Positions 19,387 to 30,600 of a DNA stretch of 64,000 nt are shown in pieces. The stretch comes from a virus (Duplodnaviria; Caudoviricetes): IMG/VR virus record IMGVR_UViG_3300044735_000130, positions 6,176-70,175 of that record, one strand, 5' to 3'. Under the pieces are notes generated by a model. That model was not told the DNA's origin. It ran no database searches and saw nothing but the letters and a program-made list of their open reading frames with translations. Position 1 is the stretch's first letter. Each line of letters opens with the position of its first letter. The translations under genes were made by a program, and so were the position numbers.

Positions 19387-19683
19387 ATGACCCCCATTAA
19401 GACTCCAGGCCTACTCTGGGACGCGAAAAACGTCACCTTGGGCTCGATTGTGAACCCCGACACCTTGGCGGGGGCGAATGCGCGCTTTGGCACCAACGCT
19501 GCCAACGCGATTTTCGTAGGGACCAGCGGTAACGTGCATCTCACCTTGGCCAACGGGAAGGATGTGGTCCAATTCACCGGCGTTACGGCCGGAATCTGGA
19601 TGGGCATGCCGCCCTATATCCACGTGAACCCGTCGCCTGGAACTACGGCCTCGAACATCGTCGCCGGCATCACGGCGGGGTAA
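19387..19683 (+). CDS. Small virion protein (spike-base-like)
   Basis: AIFVGTSGNVHL.LANG..V.F..V.AG pattern resembles small phage spike-base proteins; strong RBS. Confidence 0.5.
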   Translation: MTPIKTPGLLWDAKNVTLGSIVNPDTLAGANARFGTNAANAIFVGTSGNVHLTLANGKDVVQFTGVTAGIWMGMPPYIHVNPSPGTTASNIVAGITAG

Positions 19684-19686
19684 TCC

Positions 19687-22600
19687 ATGGCCGGCATTTC
19701 CTTTGGTCTCGGGCCTTCGGACTGGCTCAAGATGAGTAATCCGATCAAGACGGTCGCGCCTATTCAGCCTACCGCCTCGTCAAGCCCCTTAACCTTAAAG
19801 ACCTCCACAACCAGCCCCGTAACCTCGGGTCCTACGGCTCCAAGCCCCTTGGGCGGATCGAGCGCCGGTAGTCTTTCGGGATTCAAAAGCCCTCTCTCCT
19901 CCTCTCTCCCTACCGGGACTTGGGGAAGCCTTTTCTCCTCAACTCCGGCGCCCGCTTCCACGACCTCGCAGCCTAAGACGGATTCGGTCTCGGGCCTTCC
20001 GATTCAGCCTGCGGGGGCGCCAAAGACCAATATCAACGTGGCGCCGCTTTCCCTTTCGCCCCAGACCGAGGCGGCTCCAAAGACCAATATCAATGTGACG
20101 CCTTCGCCGCTTCAAGTGCAATCGGCGCCGGCGGAGACTCAGTCCTCCAGCGATGCGGCTCAAGCGGCCGCGGCGCGGGGCGCCGCCGCCTCGGCAGGCG
20201 CATCGTCGGCCGCTGCGACGCAGGCGGGACAAGCGCAGGAGAGCGCACAAGCGAACGCGATGCAGCAGGCGTCTTCAGCCGCTCCGCAGGCGACCAGCGC
20301 GCCCGCCCCAGCCTCTTCCGCACCCGCTTCTACGAGTGGCGCGTCTTCGGGGCAGCCGCAAAACGGCACGCCCCAAACCGCGCAGCCCCCCACCAGCCAA
20401 CCGGTGACGGCACCCCCGAATGCGGGCCCGTCCTTGGACGACATGATGGCGCAGTACGAGCAGACGGCGCAGGACTGGATGAATGGAAAGGTGAATCAGC
20501 AGGTTTTCCAGACCGCCGCCAACCGCGCCATTCTGCAAATGGGACAGAACAACAGCGCGCAGATGGATGCCCTTAAGATGCGGATCAACTCTGATCCGAG
20601 CCTGGCGGGCCAGGGCGCCGGCTCCGCGCTCCTCAGCATGATGGCGGCGAACCAAAATTTCAACGCCGACCAACTTTTCGGGCAACTCTCTCAAACCGCC
20701 CAGCAGCAAATTCTGGACATGCAGAAGTATGGGCTCCAGGAAGGCGTCGCTATCAACCAGCAGCGCCGGCAGAATGCCTACGCCGAGGTGCAGGCGCTCC
20801 AGGATGCGGGTGACTTTACGGGCGCCGCTAAGATTTTGGCTAAGACTGTGGATTTTCCGGGGGTTTCGATTGATCCGTCCCAATTCTCTGCAAGCCGGGC
20901 GCGTCAAACGCAGGATATTCAATCGCTTCTGACGGCCGGCAATTATCAGGGCGCGGCGGAAAAATTGGCCGCCTTGACGGGTATGCCCGTGAATCCAGCG
21001 GACTTGCAAAAGCGCGATCCTTATACGCTCCAGCAAGCCATGAACCTGGAGCAAAAAGGGGATTTTGAAGGCGCGGCGAAGCAGTATGCCCAGGCCGGCA
21101 TCAATGTGACCGCCGACGACCTCCGCTCCCAATCGCCTTTCATGCAGCAGTCCTGGACCAATACCTTGGACGCGATCAAGGCGACGGCAACCACCAACCC
21201 GGCCGCCGCGGAGGCGCAGCTGGCGATCCTGATGAAGAACCCCGCTGCCGCGAAGTACCTTGGCTTCACGGCCGATCAGAATCCGCACGATCTGATCCAA
21301 GCCATTGTTTCGGGTCAGTACGCCCAGGACCAGCAAAAGATCGCCACCCTGAATACCGAGATCAACCGGCAGGCCAAAAGCAATGTGCCCTTTGCGCAGG
21401 CCTTGGAGAACTACAAGCAGCAAGGGCCTGTAGCTTGGCAGGGGATGACCAATACCGGCAAGAACATGGCGAAAAGCGACCTCGATAGCTTTAATCAAGC
21501 GCGCGCCGCTCTCGGCATGGATCCGGTTCATAAGGATGCGCAGGGAAATATCATCGACGCCCAGGGCACGATGTTGACCGATGAGGACTTTGCGGAGACC
21601 GCGGCCGCAGCCGATTACGTCAGCCGCAAAACCCAAGTCAACCAGCAACCCTGGCAGGCCGTCTACGACCAGCTGATGGCTCCTGGAAGCCCGTTCCAGC
21701 AACAGATCCTTTCGATTCCGGGCGGCGATACCATGGTGAAGCAAGCCCTGATGACGCAGTACCTGGGCGGCGGCTACAAGACCGATCCGAATACGGGCGC
21801 CATGGTTCCTGACTTTACAAATGGAATGCCCTGGGAAAACCCCAGTACCTCGTACCTCTTCCATGCGTGGCCCACGGCCGTCTTTGATGCGAATGGCCAA
21901 GTCCAAGGCAAGTACGATCTCGGTGGCGATCCATATGGCATGGACATGGGCGGCGGCCAAAAGGTGCAGAAGCTTCCTCAGGATGAGCAGCTGGATAACG
22001 CGTACGCCAAGTATCGCTATACCGGGGGGACCTTGAATTCGACGCAGTGGTACTTTGCGACGGCCGGAGGCACCAAGCCTCCGGACGCCACTCGAATTCC
22101 CGATGCCGTGAAGACGCAAGGGGACAATTTCCAATCGGTCGGACAGACCGGCGCTCCTGGAACGACTGGAGCCGGTACGACGCCGGCGACTATCGATACC
22201 AGCACCCCGCAGGCGCGGGAGGACGCGTTCCGTAATCTCCTTGGCTCGGGTGCGGTGGCCTTTTCCACTCCCGATCAGAAGCAGACGTTTATGCAAGATA
22301 TGCTGACCTATCGGGATATCGGCAATAAACTGAGTCCCGATAAGGTCGGCGGTGTTCCGGACAACGGCACGACGCAGGCGCTCCTTCAGGATGCGGACAC
22401 GTGGCTTAAGAACCACAATATCCCCGCCAGCACGATTAGCCAAAACTACGATCGCTCTAGCGTAGGAGGGAGCGGCTTAACCGATACCTCCCATATCGCC
22501 TGGGACGCCAGTCAAAAGGGCCTAGACCTCGCGCTCTACATCCATATGCTGAATCAAGGCATGAAGGAAGCAGATGCCCAGAAGGCTTTGAGTTATTTGG

Positions 22601-22740
22601 TTGGGGATGCGCGCGCGAACAATGCGATGAGCCTTCTTCCATCCTCGGCCTCTTTGAGCCCGGCGGCAGCGAACGGAATGACAACCGGAGGCCTCAGCTT
22701 GGGCGGCCTGGACTTCAGCAACTACAAGCCTCAGGTGTAA
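19687..22740 (+). CDS. Internal virion / ejection protein
   Basis: 1017 aa; disordered S/P/A N-terminus, Q/A-rich helical body; upstream of the giant SLT protein. Confidence 0.6.
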   Translation: MAGISFGLGPSDWLKMSNPIKTVAPIQPTASSSPLTLKTSTTSPVTSGPTAPSPLGGSSAGSLSGFKSPLSSSLPTGTWGSLFSSTPAPASTTSQPKTDSVSGLPIQPAGAPKTNINVAPLSLSPQTEAAPKTNINVTPSPLQVQSAPAETQSSSDAAQAAAARGAAASAGASSAAATQAGQAQESAQANAMQQASSAAPQATSAPAPASSAPASTSGASSGQPQNGTPQTAQPPTSQPVTAPPNAGPSLDDMMAQYEQTAQDWMNGKVNQQVFQTAANRAILQMGQNNSAQMDALKMRINSDPSLAGQGAGSALLSMMAANQNFNADQLFGQLSQTAQQQILDMQKYGLQEGVAINQQRRQNAYAEVQALQDAGDFTGAAKILAKTVDFPGVSIDPSQFSASRARQTQDIQSLLTAGNYQGAAEKLAALTGMPVNPADLQKRDPYTLQQAMNLEQKGDFEGAAKQYAQAGINVTADDLRSQSPFMQQSWTNTLDAIKATATTNPAAAEAQLAILMKNPAAAKYLGFTADQNPHDLIQAIVSGQYAQDQQKIATLNTEINRQAKSNVPFAQALENYKQQGPVAWQGMTNTGKNMAKSDLDSFNQARAALGMDPVHKDAQGNIIDAQGTMLTDEDFAETAAAADYVSRKTQVNQQPWQAVYDQLMAPGSPFQQQILSIPGGDTMVKQALMTQYLGGGYKTDPNTGAMVPDFTNGMPWENPSTSYLFHAWPTAVFDANGQVQGKYDLGGDPYGMDMGGGQKVQKLPQDEQLDNAYAKYRYTGGTLNSTQWYFATAGGTKPPDATRIPDAVKTQGDNFQSVGQTGAPGTTGAGTTPATIDTSTPQAREDAFRNLLGSGAVAFSTPDQKQTFMQDMLTYRDIGNKLSPDKVGGVPDNGTTQALLQDADTWLKNHNIPASTISQNYDRSSVGGSGLTDTSHIAWDASQKGLDLALYIHMLNQGMKEADAQKALSYLVGDARANNAMSLLPSSASLSPAAANGMTTGGLSLGGLDFSNYKPQV

Positions 22741-22750
22741 GGATCCGATC

Positions 22751-23515
22751 ATGGCGAACCCGCTTCCGATTGTCCAGCCTACCGACTCGCAAAAACCGTA
22801 TCCGGATGTCGAAAACGAATGGGACCCGCACCCGATCGCGTCTTTCACCGCGCCTAAAAACACTGATGTTTTGACCTCGGCGGATATGAACAAAACGGAC
22901 GTTCAAAGCTCTGCCATTCCAACCATGGGAGCGAGCTACGGGTATGGGCGCAATTATGCCTCGATGCCCATTGGAAACGTCCAGTCCACAATGGCGCAAA
23001 AGCCCACCGATTACCTCTCTCCCGAAGCGCGGGAATACATGGGGTATGGAAATGCGGCCTTGGGGGGTGCGGCCGCTGGCGGCCAGATCAATGCGACGCC
23101 GAACGGCAGCGATGCTGCGCTTCAGGTGGTGGGTTCGGGCATTGGCGGCGCCGCAGCCGGCGCGGCGTACGGGGGCCCGGTAGGTGCTGCAATCGGCGGC
23201 GCTGTTGGCCTCGTAACGGGTGGGATCAACGCCTATGTCGGCACCAAGGCGGCGCGGCAACAGCGGCGCGAGCAAGAGAAAATCCGGCAGCAGATTGCAG
23301 CCAAGGATGAGGCGCGGTACCAGCAGGCGCGCGCGGATGCGCAGCAGTACTTCAATACGGAGCGTGCGGATACCCAGGAGCAGTTGCGGTATAATCGCCG
23401 CATGGAAGCCATTCAGTCTCAATGGCAGGCGCAGGAGTCCGCGCGCCGCGCCTTGAACGATGCTATTCAAAATAACGCCCAGCTGAAAATGATGCTGACG
23501 CAAGAGGTGCGCTAA
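22751..23515 (+). CDS. Ejection protein with glycine-zipper TM hairpin
   Basis: GIGGAAAGAAYGGPVGAAIGGAVG followed by a Q/R-rich coiled coil. Confidence 0.65.
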   Translation: MANPLPIVQPTDSQKPYPDVENEWDPHPIASFTAPKNTDVLTSADMNKTDVQSSAIPTMGASYGYGRNYASMPIGNVQSTMAQKPTDYLSPEAREYMGYGNAALGGAAAGGQINATPNGSDAALQVVGSGIGGAAAGAAYGGPVGAAIGGAVGLVTGGINAYVGTKAARQQRREQEKIRQQIAAKDEARYQQARADAQQYFNTERADTQEQLRYNRRMEAIQSQWQAQESARRALNDAIQNNAQLKMMLTQEVR

Positions 23516-24642
23516 TGGCCGGTCCTATTGGTTACGTTCCTCCGGCGAATCCGTATGCGGCGATGCCGCTTGAGCAGCCCCGATTCACGGGACTAAATCC
23601 GATGCCGGCGCAAGCCGCCGCACTGCAAGCGGAAGCGCCTATCGAACAGAAGATCAAGGAGTCGGAAACCTACGATACGCAGGCGCAATTGGCGGCGCAG
23701 TTCCAGCAGCAGCTGAATAAGGGTGTGGCTGGAATGCAGTCCTACATCGGGGACGTTCAAAAGGAGAATCCTGAGCTTGCGCAGCACTTTACGCAAGAGC
23801 TCCAAACCATGGCTCCCTTCCTGCAGACCCTAAAAGGCAAGGATCTGAACGACGCCGTTTTCAACCTGTACGATTCCTGGAACGGCCGGTACAACGGTGC
23901 GAAGCTGGGCAAGGTCATGAACGATCCGTTCTCCACGGATCAGGATGTTTTCGGGGCGTATGCGGCTAATGGTGGGTCGGCGGACAAACTCATGTCGGCC
24001 TACACGACCAACCAAAAGACTCAAGCGATGACCCCCTACTGGCAGGCGCGGGCAGGCGAAGCGGCATCGCGAGGCGCATATTACGATCAGCTGCCGGCCT
24101 TGAAAACAAAATTGGGCGAGATGGCTGCGGAGGCGAAAGTGCGTGCCGCGAAGTTGCGCTCCAATAAGGATGGTTCGGGATATCAGGTTAGTTACAAGGA
24201 TGCCAAGGACGCCTACGATCAGGTGCAGAAGCGGATTGAAGAGCTGAGCGCTTCCGATCCGAGCGCTGGCGTCGATCCTTCGACGGGCCAGCCTTACCCG
24301 CTTTGGCAGCGGAATATGATCCGGGAAAACGTGGGCTGGAACAAGACCATGAATGACCTGGTCAAGGAGCAGAACCAGTGGCGCATGGCGATGATTCGGG
24401 CGGAAGCGCACGGCGCGAAGCCCGGTGATTCGCTGAACTTGGATACGCCTCCGGGTGTCACCGCTCCTGGAATGTCTAGCAGTCAGCCGGGCGCCGCTCC
24501 GGCCGGACCCCCTGCGGAATTGAAATCGACCTCTTCACCGGACCAGATTAAGAACTACCTGCGTAGCCTGAATCCGAATCGGGAGCCTTCCGATCAGGAT
24601 ATTCAAAAGGCCATTCAGGCCTTGAAAGCTATGGGTCGATGA
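23515..24642 (+). CDS. Internal virion / ejection protein
   Basis: 375 aa, helical Q/A-rich, coupled on both sides. Confidence 0.55.
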   Translation: MAGPIGYVPPANPYAAMPLEQPRFTGLNPMPAQAAALQAEAPIEQKIKESETYDTQAQLAAQFQQQLNKGVAGMQSYIGDVQKENPELAQHFTQELQTMAPFLQTLKGKDLNDAVFNLYDSWNGRYNGAKLGKVMNDPFSTDQDVFGAYAANGGSADKLMSAYTTNQKTQAMTPYWQARAGEAASRGAYYDQLPALKTKLGEMAAEAKVRAAKLRSNKDGSGYQVSYKDAKDAYDQVQKRIEELSASDPSAGVDPSTGQPYPLWQRNMIRENVGWNKTMNDLVKEQNQWRMAMIRAEAHGAKPGDSLNLDTPPGVTAPGMSSSQPGAAPAGPPAELKSTSSPDQIKNYLRSLNPNREPSDQDIQKAIQALKAMGR

Positions 24643-27600
24643 GCGCTTGGGACGATTTCGTCCAGGGGTATACGGCAGACGCGCAACAGCCTGCCGCCGA
24701 ACCCCTTCCGGACGATATTCCGGATATCGATTCGGACTATGCCGCCAAGCATAAGCGGGCGGCCGTTTACTATCCGATCATCGATCGGTACGCGAAAGAC
24801 TATCCCGACGTCCCCGACCTAGCCGGATACGCCAAAGCCATGATGCTCCGGGAGTCGGGAGGGAATCCCGGCGCGACCTCCTCCGCCAATGCGCGGGGCT
24901 TGATGCAGCTGATTCCGTCCACCTATGCCGACATGGGCGGAGATCCTTCCAATGCCTACGATCCCGAAGACAACCTGAAGTATGGGGTCAAATACATTGC
25001 GAACCAATACCGGGATTACGGGGATTGGAAATCCGCCTTGGCGGCCTACAATTGGGGTCCGGGGAAGGTCGATGCCTACGGAACCTCTTCCCTACCCCCC
25101 GAAACCGACAACTATATCAAGGCTGTGAACGCCTACCGGAAACGTCTCAAGCCATCCGGGTTTGAATTCTTTACGGATGAAGCGCCGGCCGCTCCGGATT
25201 CCGCCGGGAACGCCTGGAATCAATTCGTTCAGGATTATGCGCAAAACCCCACCTCTTCGCCGGCGGCCCCGACTGGCCAGCGCATGCAGGATGTAAATCC
25301 AGCCTTTGCGCCCTTTGTTCCGCCCGGCATGCCCCTTGTGCAATCCTCCCCCCAAGCCGCCAAGATCGAGGCGCAGGATAAGCGGCAGAAGGCGCAGCTG
25401 GAGGCCGAAGGCGCGGAATACTACCAGGCGGCCGCCGGGGAGACGCCGCAGCCGACAGGCGCGCCCGTTGGACAGCCCCAGCCGCTTCAGGCCGTCAACC
25501 CCACGGCCGCGCCGTTTGCACCTCCTGGGATGCCGCCGTTGCAGTCCTACGCAACGCCTACGCCCTCCGTCAATACCACAACCCCCGAATCCTACCAGGC
25601 TTCGAAAATGGGCGTTGACCGGGGCGCCCTGGCGCCCCTGGGCGACCTTGAAGCGATGTCCAGCACCCTGACCCGGCGCCTGATTGAAACCCTGCAAGGG
25701 AAGTCGCTTTTCGAGGCTGCGGGCGAGCGGATGGAGGCGACCAAGGCCGCGCTGGAGCATAAGCAATACCTGCAGTCCCCACAGTACCAGCAGGACCTGG
25801 CGCAGGCCTATGCGAAAAAGCAGCAGGGCCAAGAGCTCAACCCCCAAGAGGAAGCTGCGTTGAAGGCGGATCCGTCCTTCTGGCAAGAGATGGGGGATTT
25901 GGCGAAACAGTTTGCCCAAGACCCGGGCGAAATGGTCAAGGAATTCGGTCTCCAGACCCTGAAGGATCTCCCCACCTTCCTTTTGACCGGCGAGGGCATT
26001 GGCGGCCTCCTTAAGCTGAAAACGGTTGGCGAGGTAGGAAAGTCTGCGGAAGGGATCCTGGGTGCCCAGCGCGCTGCCGCCTTAGGAAAAATTGGGCAGG
26101 AAGCGGCCCAGAATGTTGGAGCGGTTGGAGCGGTCAATTACCCCCAAGCCGTAGCCGGCGGCCAGGATTATGGGCCCAAGGAGGTCGCCCGAGATGTCCT
26201 TACGGGCGCCATTATTGGCGGGGCCGCGCATGCGCTTGGGAAGGCACCGGAGGCCCTGAAAGCCGAACCCGAGGCCACGCCCAAAGCGCCCGCAACCCCA
26301 GAAGCCGCCGGCCCCACTCCCGAGGCGGAAGCCCAGCGCGCGCTGCAGAACGCCGCCCTGATCGCCAATGTGCGTAAAGCGGGCGCGGAAGCTGGTATCC
26401 CTCCCGACCACGTGGAGCTTTTCCTCCAAAAGTATAAGAACGACCTGCAGCGCACCGACGAACCCCTGGAGTTTGTGGTGGAGCGCATGATCAAGGAGGA
26501 AGCGCCTCAAAACATTGTCCACGTGGGCGATCAAGTCTACCGCTCCCTCTTGGTCGACCGGCCGGCTGGCGCCGGCGGCCGTTACCTGGCCGTGAACCCC
26601 GAAGACGTCGGGCGCTTAGGGCTCTATAAGGGCATGGCTTCAAACCCGGAGCCGATGACGCCCGCGGAAATGTGGTCGCGCATGGGCGTCCCGGTCAAAA
26701 TCGATCCCGCCGCCCCGAAGCTGAACGACCTCGCGCATACCTTCCTGCAGCATGAAGGGGAAGATGTCGGCGCGCGGGCCACGAATCGGTATATCGGTGT
26801 GGACACCCCGGACAAGGAATATGGGTTTTCCGCCGATGACCTCGCTACCGCGCTGATTAACCGGCCGCGCGGAAAGGAGGCACTGGAGCGGGAAGTAAAG
26901 GCCGCGACGCAGGGTCAGGATCAGGCAGCCTATGATCAGGAGCAAGAAGCGGCTTGGAATGCCTTAACGCCCGAGCAGCAAGCAGAACACCAGCGTCAGT
27001 GGGCGGAGAGTGCGCGGCAAGAGCCGGCACCCGTGGATGAAGGTTTGCCTGACGAAGGTCCTTCTCCTATCGCGCTGAATCCGGATATGGAGGCCCTGCG
27101 CAAGGCCTATAACGCCGGCGAATTGCAGCAAAAGGGCTCGCCCAAGCTTATGCAAATGGGGTCGGATAAGGAGGGTGCGAAGCCCGCATTCTATTCCCAG
27201 CTGGAGCGCGTGGTTGAGGACAAGATGCCGAACGCCATGGGACCCGAAGCTCTTAAGAACATGCTGAAGGCGAACGCGGTCAAGGACGAGGAGATCAAGT
27301 GGACGGGGCTGGATGACCTACTGAGGGGCAAGGAGAAGGTCACCAAGAAGGAGGTTCAGGATCATCTTGCGCAAAACCAGATCCAAATCGAGGAAGTCCA
27401 TAAAGCGAATAGAAACAGGCGCGAAGCGGGTGGCGAAACGGCTTTTGCGGAAGAGGGTGACGATGGTCGCTGGCATGTGTATGGCGAAGCCGCCAACGAG
27501 GGCGACATCTACGATACCGAAAGTGAAGCTAAGGCTAAGGTAGCCGAATACAATCGAAATCTCCCAACATCGCCCACGAAATATGAAGGTTACCAGGAAC

Positions 27601-30600
27601 CCGGCGCGCACAATTATCGCGAATTGTTGCTTACGAAGCCCCGGGAAAATTTTGAACGCCAGCGCGCGGATATTGTGGCAGAAATCAAGCGAGCCCATGA
27701 AGCTTACGATATGGAGGCCTATCATAAGGCAAACCAGCAACTTCGCGATTTGAATGCGCGGAGCATCCTTAAGACGGATATATACCGTTCAAGTCATTGG
27801 GATGAACCTAACGTACTTGCCCACGTCCGCTTCAACGATCGGGTAACGCCGGACGGAAAAAAGGTCCTTCATTTGGAGGAAGTTCAATCCGACTGGCACC
27901 AGGCCGGGCGGAAGAAGGGATACGAATTACCCAAGGGCAAAACGCCCTCCCTGGCTGAAGCAAAAGAATTCTTCGGGATCAGTAACGAGGCTTGGGATAA
28001 AATGTCCCCTGAAGATCGTCAATCCTACGTGGACGAAATCGTGGCTGGGGGGAACCATTTGAAGGGCGGCGTTCCCGATGCACCTTTTAAAAAGACCTGG
28101 CACGAGATGGCGCTGCGCCGCATGCTCCGCTACGCGGCCGAAAATGGCTACGACTATATGACCTGGACCGGGGGCGAGAAGCAAGCCGCCCGATATGACC
28201 TGAGCAAGCATATCGACCGTATCCAATACGTGAAGGAGGATGGAAAGTATTGGGTTGGGGCACTAAAAAACGATCGCGAAATTCCAGGGCTCGAAAATAA
28301 GGCGATGGATGAGCACGAGCTCGAAGCGACGTTTGGAAAGGAAATCGCTTCAAAAATCGTGAACGGCGAAGGCTCCTCGATTCCTGGTGGTCCGGAAAAG
28401 GAGTTGTCCGGGCTCGATCTCAAGGTCGGTGGCGAGGGCATGAAGGGGTTCTACGACAAAATCGTCCCGGAGTATCTGAACAAGTACGCGAAGAAATGGG
28501 GCGCGAAGGTCGAACGTGTGCCTATTGATTGGGATCCGGCGATTGTCAATGGTGAAGTTCAATTAGGCGTTCCGCATGGCCGGCTTATGGATCATTACCA
28601 AGGCATCCCTATCACGCCGGAGATGAAGGCCTCCGTGATGGAGGGTCAACCGCTTTTCCAAGGAACGGACGTTAAAAAAGGCTCCTACCAATTCGATGAG
28701 CGCCTGCAGAAGCACGTGATCAGCCTGGTCAAGGGCCAAGCGGACCTTTCGACCCTATTCCATGAATACTTCCATTACCTGGAGCAGTCGGGCGCCCTAT
28801 CCCCCGCGGAGCGCGGCATCCTTGGAAACGCCCTTAAGGCCTACGGCATTCAGAACATCTACGACCAGCGGGATCGGTTCACCCCCGAGGCGGCCGAAAA
28901 GGCAGCGCGATGGTACGAACGCTGGCTCCGCGATGGCAAGGTCCGGGATCCGGAACTCCAGCCCGTTTTCGACAAGATCAGCTCCGCCCTGCGCGAGATC
29001 TACAAGACAACCCGCGGCACCGAATTGACCGAGGTCCCGGAGAAGGTGGCCAAGGTTTTCAAGACCTTGCCCGAAATGGAACGGCCCGAAGCCCCGGAAG
29101 AAAACCTGTCCAGCGAAATGGCGGGCACGGAGCCGGTAGAAAAGGGGCCGCAAGGGGATGTGGTCCTGCAGTCCATGATGGTGCCCGGCCTAAAGGAATT
29201 TATCGAGCAGGACGCCGCGCCGGTAACCCGCGAAACCAAGCAGGCCTTTAAGGACCTCCTGGGCGATATCACCAAGGTTCTTTCTCCCCGCACTGGCGTC
29301 CGGACGGACGCGCTAGACATGGTCTACCGCATGAAGGGGGATCGCGAAAAGGCGATGTATACAATCTCCGAGGGCATGCGCTCCATCAAAAAGATGTTCA
29401 TCAAGATGGGCGATGAAGCCAATATCGCCTTTATTGACCGGATCAAACGGGGCGAAAAGCAGCCAACGGAAAAGCTTCAGCGGATAGCAGATACCTATCG
29501 CGAGTTGGAAGACGAAACCTTTAAGGAGTTCATTTTAAATAAGCCTACTCTAGCTTATAAGGAAGGCCATTTCCGCCTTTTTTACTCTAATTACAAGATC
29601 TTGGACGCCAATCCGAAGCTGAAAGCATCCTTGGAGGGTGGTAAAGGCTTCATGAAGAAAATGATTTTTCCGGACCTCACCTCGGCGATGGAGGCCGGCT
29701 TAACCCCTATTTCGTTGAACCCGCAAGTCCTATTCGAAAAATCCTATGCCGATGCCTTGCGCTACATTTCCGCCCAGCGGATGTGGAGGGCGATCAAGGA
29801 TAGGGGTTTGGCAGTGTTCGTAAAAACAGGCGAGCGACCGCCCGATGGATATGCAAAGCTGGACGATAAGATCTCCCGTGTTTACTTCAAGGGCCCACGG
29901 GACGAATTCGAAAAGACCGGAGATTATTACGTCGAGTCGAACGTCGCCCGCATCCTGAACAACTATCTCTCCGAGGATTGGCTCCGGAGCCGCGCCTACG
30001 GCCGTGGGCTTCTGGCCTTGAAGAACCTGACCACGGGCATCGAGCTTTCGATTTCTCCCTTCCATTTCATGTTCGAAACCCTGGACGCCATGGCCTCCAA
30101 GTTCGGGTTGGGCTTAACCAAGCTGGTGAACCAGGGCGATATCAAGGGTGGGCTTTCCGATCTCGCCACAGCCTGGAAGGCGCCGTACGATTTTGCGCGG
30201 ACGGGTGGGAAGGCGCTGAAGTATTTTGCCAATAAGGAAGCGTTCTCGAAGTCCGTAGGGGGTCAAAAGTTCCTCCAGCGGTTCCCGGACGTTGAATCCT
30301 TGATGGACGATCTCTTCCTGGGCGGCGGGAAGCTGGCCATGCACGAGGATTACAAGGTCAACTCCTTGGATACCTTTAAGCAGAACCTGACTTCCCACAA
30401 CTACATTGGAGCCCTTCTGCGCGCCTTCCCGGCCGCGAATGAGCTGATGATGAAGCCGCTCTTTGAAGTCTATATCCCGCGGCTTAAGGTTGGCCTTTTC
30501 CTCCACGAAATGTCCCAGCAGCTGAGCCAGCATGCGGACGCTCTGGCGCTTGGGAAAGAGTCCCGCGCTAAGCTCGCCCGCGAAACGTGGGATCGGGTGG

